From positions 1 through 32,000 of the forward strand of contig BAAFSQ010000019.1 in NCBI GenBank assembly GCA_054661495.1: a stretch of DNA of 32,000 nt. The letters run 5' to 3'. Made by a program: the position numbers and the translations under genes. How positions within the stretch are numbered: the stretch's first letter is position 1; each line of letters opens with the position of its first letter. Positions 25,128 through 32,000 of this stretch are shown here, piece after piece. This DNA is from Zygophlyctis sp. KS116 (lineage: Eukaryota > Fungi > Chytridiomycota). The notes under the pieces are model-generated. The model made no database searches and had not been told where the DNA came from. It saw only the letters and a list, made by a program, of their open reading frames with translations.

Positions 25128-26807
25128 ATGTCCCTATTCAATAGGAGAATCTTAAAATCTCTTGTAGCTGCATTTATTGCAATGATTGGACTAATAATCA
25201 TTTATTCCGTTGCGATAAAATACTCGCAAAATGTAAAAGTTTTGAAAAATGAATTATTTTTACAGAATCAAACTGATGGACTGGAAGAGAGGAAAAGGAT
25301 TATAGGTTTGCTCAGGCATGCTTGGGATGGATACGAAAAATATGCTTTTGGAGCGGATATGCTGTTGCCGATAAGTAAAAGTAAGGAAGAGTGGTTCGGA
25401 TTAGGTCTTAGTATATTGGACACCCTGGACACTGCATTGATAATGGGACAGGAGGATATCTACCAGAAATGTCGTACATGGATAAAAAATGAATTTAAAA
25501 TTGATGCAGAAAAATATACTATTTCTATATTTGAAACTAATATAAGAATAGTTGGAGGTTTCTTATCAACATATTCTCTCACAAAAGATAAACTATTTTT
25601 GGAAAAAGCAAAACAGGTTTTTATTAAGTTTTAAAATTATAGACGGCAGATAAATTACTTGAATATTTTCATCCAGTGTCTGGTATACCAAGTATGTATA
25701 TGGAAAGTCTTCAACGGAGGGGTAGTACGACTTTAGCAGATGCGGGAAGTTTATCTCTTACTTTTAAATACTTGTCTTATGTAACAGGGGATCCAAAGTA
25801 TTGGAATGCAGTCACCAAAATCTCGAAAAAATTTTATCCGAGTCTTTTGAATCAAGGGGTCTTGGGTTCACAAGTTGATGTAGAGTCTGGAAATATTTAT
25901 GGTACTCCAACTATAGGCCCTGGGGCGGATTCTTACTATGAATATCTTGCAAAACAGTATATTCAGACTAATAGAGTTGAAGAGGGGTTTCCTCCTCAAT
26001 GGGAAGTTTTGATGAAGAGTATCCGTTCATCATTAAAGACAAGCGCAAAAGGGCATTTTATGTTTGTAGATGGAGGTTATGGTCTAACGTGTCATCTTGA
26101 TTGTTTTTTAGCTGGTACTATTGGTCTATATGCCATTCAAGGTGCAAGAAATTCGAATTCTCTTAAATTAACAAGTGGACAATTACAAGATATCGATTTA
26201 GCTGAAGAATTGACCAGAGGTTGCTACGAATTATATCATCAGACCAAAACTCATCTTTCTCCTGAAATAGTTTACTGGAACTATGATGTAGAGGATTCTG
26301 AGCCTCTTACAGCTCATAAAACACCGCAAAAAAGTACTGCTAAATCAACATACTCTCTTTACAAAGGAACAGTTTCTAGACTTTCACCATTCGATTCTTT
26401 TACATCTGGAGATTTTAAAATTAAAGATTCACGTTATATTCATCGTCCTGAAACTATGGAATCATTATTTTACATGTACAGAATAACTGGCAAGCAGATG
26501 TATAGAGACATGGGATGGGAAATATTTTTAGCCTATGAAAAGTATTTAAAAACTGATGATGCAGGCTATGCAGGACTGGTATTTTTTTTTAAAAACTAAC
26601 ATTAAGGATGATGTTGATGACACAAACTCGTCAAAAATTGATAAGATGGAATCCTTCCTATTTGGGGAATTCATAAAATATCTTTACTTACTGTTTTGCG
26701 ATGAATCGGTAATACCATTGGATAAGTATGTATTTAATACAGAGGCACACCCCCTCCCAATATTCAATGTAACAGCTGAATTTAGAAAAATGGTTGACTG
26801 GCTATAA
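25128..26807 (+). CDS. MNS1: Class I alpha-1,2-mannosidase (GH47), type II membrane protein
   Basis: N-terminal TM anchor, [48 protein letters not shown]. Introns at 25617-25642 (26 nt) and 26579-26606 (28). Confidence 0.92.
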
Positions 26808-26899
26808 TTTTGTTAAATTTTGAAAAAACTAGAAAATAAATATTCATTTGGTTATAAGCTATGTAAATCGACCACTTTATCTTGTTCCTAGTATAGCGT

Positions 26900-27493
26900 T
26901 CAGACTTTTTTAGCTATTTGAATTGCACCCTTACAACCATTCTGAATAATCTGTTCTGATATATTTGCCACAATGCAACCTCCATCATTTCCCTGGCTTG
27001 CAATTTCGCGGTGAGAATCTTCTTCATCTCTACACTTTTTTATAGCCTTTATTAGTGGCTCAAGTTCAGCATCTTTTTCATTGAGTAACTGCCTAATTTG
27101 ACTATCCCATTAATTTACTAATACTTACTCATTATAATGCTCCACAATAACCTTTTCAACCGCTCTCGTACCCAAGAATGCACCACTTAATCCAAAACTT
27201 GCAGTCACGTGACCTAAAGCATATCCGAGAGTAGCCCATAAAGGATTTAGTAATGATGGCCTAACTCTATTTTGTATCATTAGCTGATTGAATAATTTTA
27301 AATGCTCTTCTTCATGTCCCTTCATTTCCTCTTTTTTAATTTATGCAAGTACCTTTGCAAGAGATTGATTTTCCCCTTTTAAAACATTGGCTTGAGCCTC
27401 GTACATATTAACGGCGGCGAGTTCTCCGGCATAGTTTACTCTAAGCATTGATTCTAGACAAATCTTTTTCCTTGCTTGAGGGAATTTGAACAT
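26900..27493 (-). CDS. COQ7: 5-demethoxyubiquinone hydroxylase COQ7/CLK-1 (di-iron), about 180 aa
   Basis: MLRVNYAGELAA, EEEH, RVRPSLLNPLW, AVEKVIVEHYNDQ, RDEEDSH. Introns at 27329-27352 (24 nt) and 27102-27128 (27). Confidence 0.92.
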
Positions 27494-27535
27494 GGTTGTA
27501 CAAGTAAATCTTATCGCCCTAAATCTTCAAGAAGA

Positions 27536-28421
27536 ATGACCATTGATCATTATCAGATCCTCTCGGACCCTGAATCTCAACTACCTCTAAGATTTAGATC
27601 TCTGTTTGCACTTAAATCATTGTATGGCTATGATGCAGCCTTGGGAATTGCAGAGTCCCTTTTAAAGTCTTTGGATAATGTTTTATTATGTCATGAGATG
27701 GCATATGTTTTAGGACAGATTGGAAATCCGATCGTCTGTCCGATACTTTCTCAAGTCTTAAGGGATGAATCGGCAGACTCTATGATAAGACATGAGGCAG
27801 CCGAAGCTTTAGGAGCAATTGGTTCAAAAGAATCTATTCCTATATTGACAGAATTCGCTAATCATTCTTGTTTAGAAATTAGTCAGACTTGTCAATTAGC
27901 ATTAGATCTTTTAAAACATAATTCATCAAATCCTAAAAAATTCAACAAGAAATATGATAGTACTGATCCTGCTCCTCCTTTGGAAATTAATGATATTACT
28001 AAATTAGAAAAAGAATTGATGGATTCTAGTAAAAGTTTATTTTCAAGATATAGATGTATGTTTTCTCTTCGAGATATAGGAACAGATGAAGCAGTCAATG
28101 TAATAATTTTAGAATTTTTAAAGAAAATAGGCTCTTGGGAAAGGATTTCAAGATAAATCAGCCTTGTTTAGACATGAAATTGCATATGTTTTTGGACAAT
28201 TACAATCACCAGCATCAATTCCTTTTTTAATTCCAGTTTTGGAAAATAAAGAAGAACATGCCATGGTCCGACATGAAGCTGCAGAAGCTTTAGGATCTAT
28301 AGGAACTACAGAGTGTATCGAGACTTTGGAATTATACTCAAAGGATTTACAAGTAGTTGTAGCAGAGAGTTGCATGGTTGGATTGGATATGGCAACTGCT
28401 GAATTTGTTCCATTGAATTAG
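27536..28421 (+). CDS. DOHH: Deoxyhypusine hydroxylase (LIA1)
   Basis: Four HE motifs ([32 protein letters not shown]) and the STDPAPP linker. Intron at 28100-28130 (31 nt). The first in-frame ATG is at 27536. Confidence 0.96.
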
Positions 28422-28683
28422 GGAAATTTTACATAAATCTATAATCTAGAAATTTATGTATTGACTGTTGAGAATATTATTAAGCAAAATGGCGCCTTTA
28501 GTGTCGTCTGCACTATAAATGACTTTAAGGGTACCAAATTCAGCAGGATGTCCATACAGACTTTTCCAAAATAACAATTAATGCAATCTCTAAAGATGGC
28601 ATTGTAACATTTAACGTGTTGGTTGATGAAATTTAAGCTTTTTAACAAATTTTTTTCTATTTTCCGAAAATATTCGCGTTTTA

Positions 28684-31432
28684 ATGAAAGTCTCAAACGG
28701 AATCTATGGTAAACTAACAGTCATTAGAGCCAATGGTGACGATGCAAACTTTTTCCCATTGAATGAATTAGAAAATACGCTAGGAAGAGACCCTGCATGC
28801 CTTGTGCATTTGCGGTCATGGGATATTTCAAGAATTCATGCAAGAATTGTTTTTAATGCTGAAACTAGAGAGGTAAATTCCAATATTTATATCAGGCGAC
28901 CATCATTGACTCTAGTGTTAATGGTACAATTCTAAATGAACAAGAGTTAACGGAGCCGACGACGTTGAAGAGTAATGATGTAATTCAGATGGGGCAAAGA
29001 TCTTTTAGATTTGAAAAGGCAGATCCTGTATGGCTATTTATTCTTATTTTAGATTTCTGCGAGTAAAATGGTGTCTATTAAACAAAAATTGAAAAATTCT
29101 CCTGGATACTTTAAAAAACAAGAGTCTATAGTAGAATTACCACCAACACCAAAAAAAGCAAAAACGGGTAGTATGTCTATGAAGAAAATGCTTTTTAAAG
29201 ATTTGATTTCCGCAAAGTATGCAGAAAAAGATCTCTTAAAAGATACTCAATTGGATAATAGTACAAAGTCAAGTGTGGAAACTAGTCCGTTTCATTCAAA
29301 TGTTCAAACTCCAGTCGAAAGTCCGACGTCTGACCACAAAGTAGGGCTAGGTGAGGCTAGTATTATTGATGATACAGCTCAAAGAGTAAAAGTTACACCA
29401 AAATCGGCCCCAAGAACAATGGTTGGAAAAGTATCGCCCTTTAAAAAATCATTTAGTGTTGCAAATACTCCAAAAGGAGCCATGGATTTCCTGAAACAAT
29501 TAAAGGATTCCAAAAAGATTGTAAAGAATTCACCAAAAGTTATAATGACGACTCCAAGATCTTCAAACACGGCTCGAAAAGGTTCTACGCCAAGCTCTTC
29601 TCTTTCTATAAAGCATGCAAGCATTAGAAAATCTGTCTCTGCTTTTCAATCGGTAGCTAAATCTGCCAAAAAGCAGCCATCAATATTGGATGCGAGTAAA
29701 GATGTCTTTTTTGAGCAAATTCAAGGATTTGTAGGATATTCAAAGGTTCCAGCATCCGAAAAGTCTTGTGGGAAAGTTAGTCCTGAATTAGAAAGTAATA
29801 GGCGTAGAAGCGTGACTTTTGGTCCACCTGTATGTTTTATTTTTCTTATAGATTAGTTGGAGCCTGAAATTTTTGATAAAAGAAATGCTCCTTCTTCTCC
29901 TCTTACTCGTGGAGATCCGGCTCCCCAGTTTAGCTCAAAGGATGGGACACCAATTCACAAATCTATTCTGAAATACTCTGTAGAGGAAAACTTATCGGTG
30001 AAAAGCAAAAAGTCAAATAGAGTCTCAAAATTGTACACTGCTGAAGTATTTAACTCCAGTCCCCTCTCCATAAGTACAGAATTGAAACCAAGAATGGGTG
30101 ACAGTATTCAAATGCAGAAATCATCAGAAACTCACTCTGAAGAAAAATATTTGCCATTGGCAGATTGTGATATTCATGACGGCTTGGAAGATGTTGAGGA
30201 CAATAATGAATATGATCTCCCTTTAGAATTAGAAATGGCTAAACCTAAAAAGGAGAATGTTATAATAACTAATTATTCGGGAATGAAGCAACTGTTAAAG
30301 ACCCCTATGGCGTTTCATCAAAAAGATGCTGATCTTTCTGGTTTGTCATCACTTTTTGATTCTCCCAAACCCATTGTACCAAAGATTAACTCTCCAGTCG
30401 TTTCTAAAGGATCAGAATCTCCTATTTTATATAGTGGAGTGCGCAAACTCGTTCAGACACCAAAGCCCGATCTACCAGTATCTTATCTTGGAATCAAAGA
30501 GCTTGTGAAAACACCTCAACATGCCTCTATTGTATCTCTAGTTGGAGTCAAAGAGTTGGTTCAAACTCCCAAGGATGGTGACGTGATATCTCTTGTAGGA
30601 CTTAAAGAAATGGTCAAAACACCAAAGCCAGCTCATATCACCTCTCTTGATGGCGTAAAGGAGCTTTTGGAAACTCCTTCAGTTTCCAATAAGAGTTTAA
30701 CCGTGGAAAGCCAAGACAAACCTACAGTTTCTAAATCTATAAAGTCTACACAAGCAGTTAAACCAAGGGAATCAATCCCTTCTACCTTTGAAAAAACTCA
30801 GATGCCTACGGATCCCGAGCCTTTAATTCATCCCGCCCCAACAAGAATGACCCGATGCCGAGTCAAGGCAATAATTGAAAACCAGGAAAAAGACAAGGAA
30901 GAAAAGGAAAAAGAGCAAGACATGCAAGTTTTAGAAAAGACTGTCAAGGTAATTTATTATAAACTAATCCCAGCCATCTAAACTTAAAGTCCCAAAGGAC
31001 CTTAGTATTCCTGCGTCATCATTTTATGGCACAGCAAAAAGCACTGATATATTAGGGCAGACTAAAGATCCGATAATTATTGTCAAGGACAAGCCCAAAG
31101 ATCCCATAATTATTGTCAAGGACAAGCCCAAAGATGAGACCATTAAAAAAAGAACCAAGAAGGAATCTAAAATCCCTTGTGCTCCTAGTATCAAAAAAGT
31201 AGAAGATGTAATTGAAAACCAATCTGAACCTAATTTAACAAGACGTACTACAAGAAGAGCACGTGTTTTACAAGAATCTAATGAAATTGCAAAAGACCTA
31301 TCTTTGCCTGATAAGCAGACTCTAGCAGAAGATCCTGTAGATAAAACGTCTGTAGTAGTAGAAGAAGAAGTCAAATCGCGTAAACGCAAATCGCCAGAAA
31401 ACAGCGTGCGACGATCATTACGCCATCGTTAA
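28684..31432 (+). CDS. Ki-67-like protein (FHA + PP1-binding motif + GxKELxxTP repeats + basic tail), about 882 aa
   Basis: Introns at 28873-28895 (23 nt), 29028-29052 (25), 29830-29856 (27) and 30949-30973 (25) give one frame. It has an FHA domain with GR, SxxH and NGT ending in RSFRFE, then RRRSVTFGPPLEPEIFDKRNAPSSPLTRG, seven TP/SP-ending repeats and C-terminal RRSLRHR. Confidence 0.8.
30421..30678 (+). repeat. 18-aa (54-nt) degenerate coding tandem repeat, 5 copies, Ki-67-motif-like
   Basis: YSGVRKLVQTP, YLGIKELVKTP, LVGVKELVQTP, LVGLKEMVKTP and LDGVKELLETP at exact 18-aa spacing. Confidence 0.9.
31064..31135 (+). repeat. 33-nt tandem duplication (KDPIIIVKDKP x2)
   Basis: 31064-31096 and 31097-31129 differ by one synonymous base. 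Confidence 0.92.
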
Positions 31433-31439
31433 GATTAAT

Positions 31440-32000
31440 ATGAGTTCTACAATTGTTTATAACCAATGCATGAAGAAGTTGGATGAGTTGAAGAATCTAT
31501 TAGAAGAGAATGCATCTATTCCTATTGCCACTGCCTCCCTTGATTCTTTACAGCAGAGTATTGGAGATTTACAAAAGTTTGCCAAGAGTGAAGTCGATGC
31601 ATCAAGGAGAGAAATTGGACTTTTAAGAGTCAAGAAATTACAACAGGAAGCTGGAGTCTTGCAAGAATCAATCAATTTATTAAAAGCCAAAGCCCAAGAG
31701 CGAATATCACTGGAACGGAATAGTCTTTTGGGTAAATTTGAAGAGTCTCCATCAACCATTCTTGATATTGATTATTTTAACAAGGAATCTGGAATCCTTG
31801 ATGCATCTGGAGACAGAATAGAAGAATTTATTGGACTAGGAAAGACTGCATTACAAGATTTATACGAACAAAGGAGCATGTTAAAAGTAATTTTAGTTTT
31901 TAAAGGAATAGTCTACTAGAAGAAGACTACTGGATGCTGCTCATACACTTGGACTATCAGGGTCTGTTATAAGATTTATAGAACAAAGGACAAGAACAGA
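31440..32000 (+). CDS. BOS1: ER-Golgi Qb-SNARE Bos1/membrin (GOSR2), truncated by the window end
   Basis: ERNSLL, IEEFIGLGKTALQDLYEQRSMLK, then after a 25-nt intron (31887-31911) STRRRLLDAAHTLGLSGSVIRFIEQR. Confidence 0.88.

Noticed and set aside
27476-27535. ORF-track N-terminal extensions from TTG/GTG starts (DOHH 27476; also 4658, 6847, 12606)
   Set aside because: Eukaryotic context. ATGs at 27536, 4482, 6877 and 12594 fit the gene models better.
28454-28696. 80-aa minus-strand ORF between DOHH and the Ki-67-like gene
   Set aside because: TTG start, overlaps the downstream ATG, no recognisable family, and trial introns gave no convincing model. A small gene or ncRNA cannot be fully excluded.
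30421-30678. CRISPR-like regularly spaced repeats
   Set aside because: These are degenerate protein-coding repeats in a eukaryotic gene, with no identical DNA repeats and no cas genes.

Overview
Eukaryotic nuclear DNA, AT-rich, standard genetic code, extremely compact. I count about 18 host protein-coding genes in 32 kb, with intergenic gaps from -46 to about 310 nt, and about 65 GT-AG introns that are all 23-32 nt long. The ORF track is fragmented because of these introns. Removing them restores conserved motifs exactly. In order, the genes are: a possible gene start at the left edge, a Tc1/mariner-like transposase remnant, GRP94/HSP90B1, CFAP210, an orphan gene overlapping both neighbours, HIG1/Rcf1, a CCDC17-like C2-type protein, AIP1/WDR1, FARSA, TAP42, PAC3, KRR1, NDUFS4, importin-11, SPT6, a GH47 mannosidase, COQ7, DOHH, a Ki-67-like protein and BOS1/GOSR2 (cut by the window edge). 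A motile-cilium gene, an HDEL-ending GRP94 and fungal-looking housekeeping proteins together suggest an early-diverging flagellated fungus (chytrid-like); this is inference only. The most notable find is an ~882-aa protein with the ordered architecture of Ki-67 (FHA, PP1-binding motif, GxKELxxTP repeats, Arg-rich tail) and cell-cycle-like promoter motifs upstream. Also notable are the ultra-short introns and same-strand gene pairs with almost no spacer. All homology calls come from motif recognition by eye; no searches were run.
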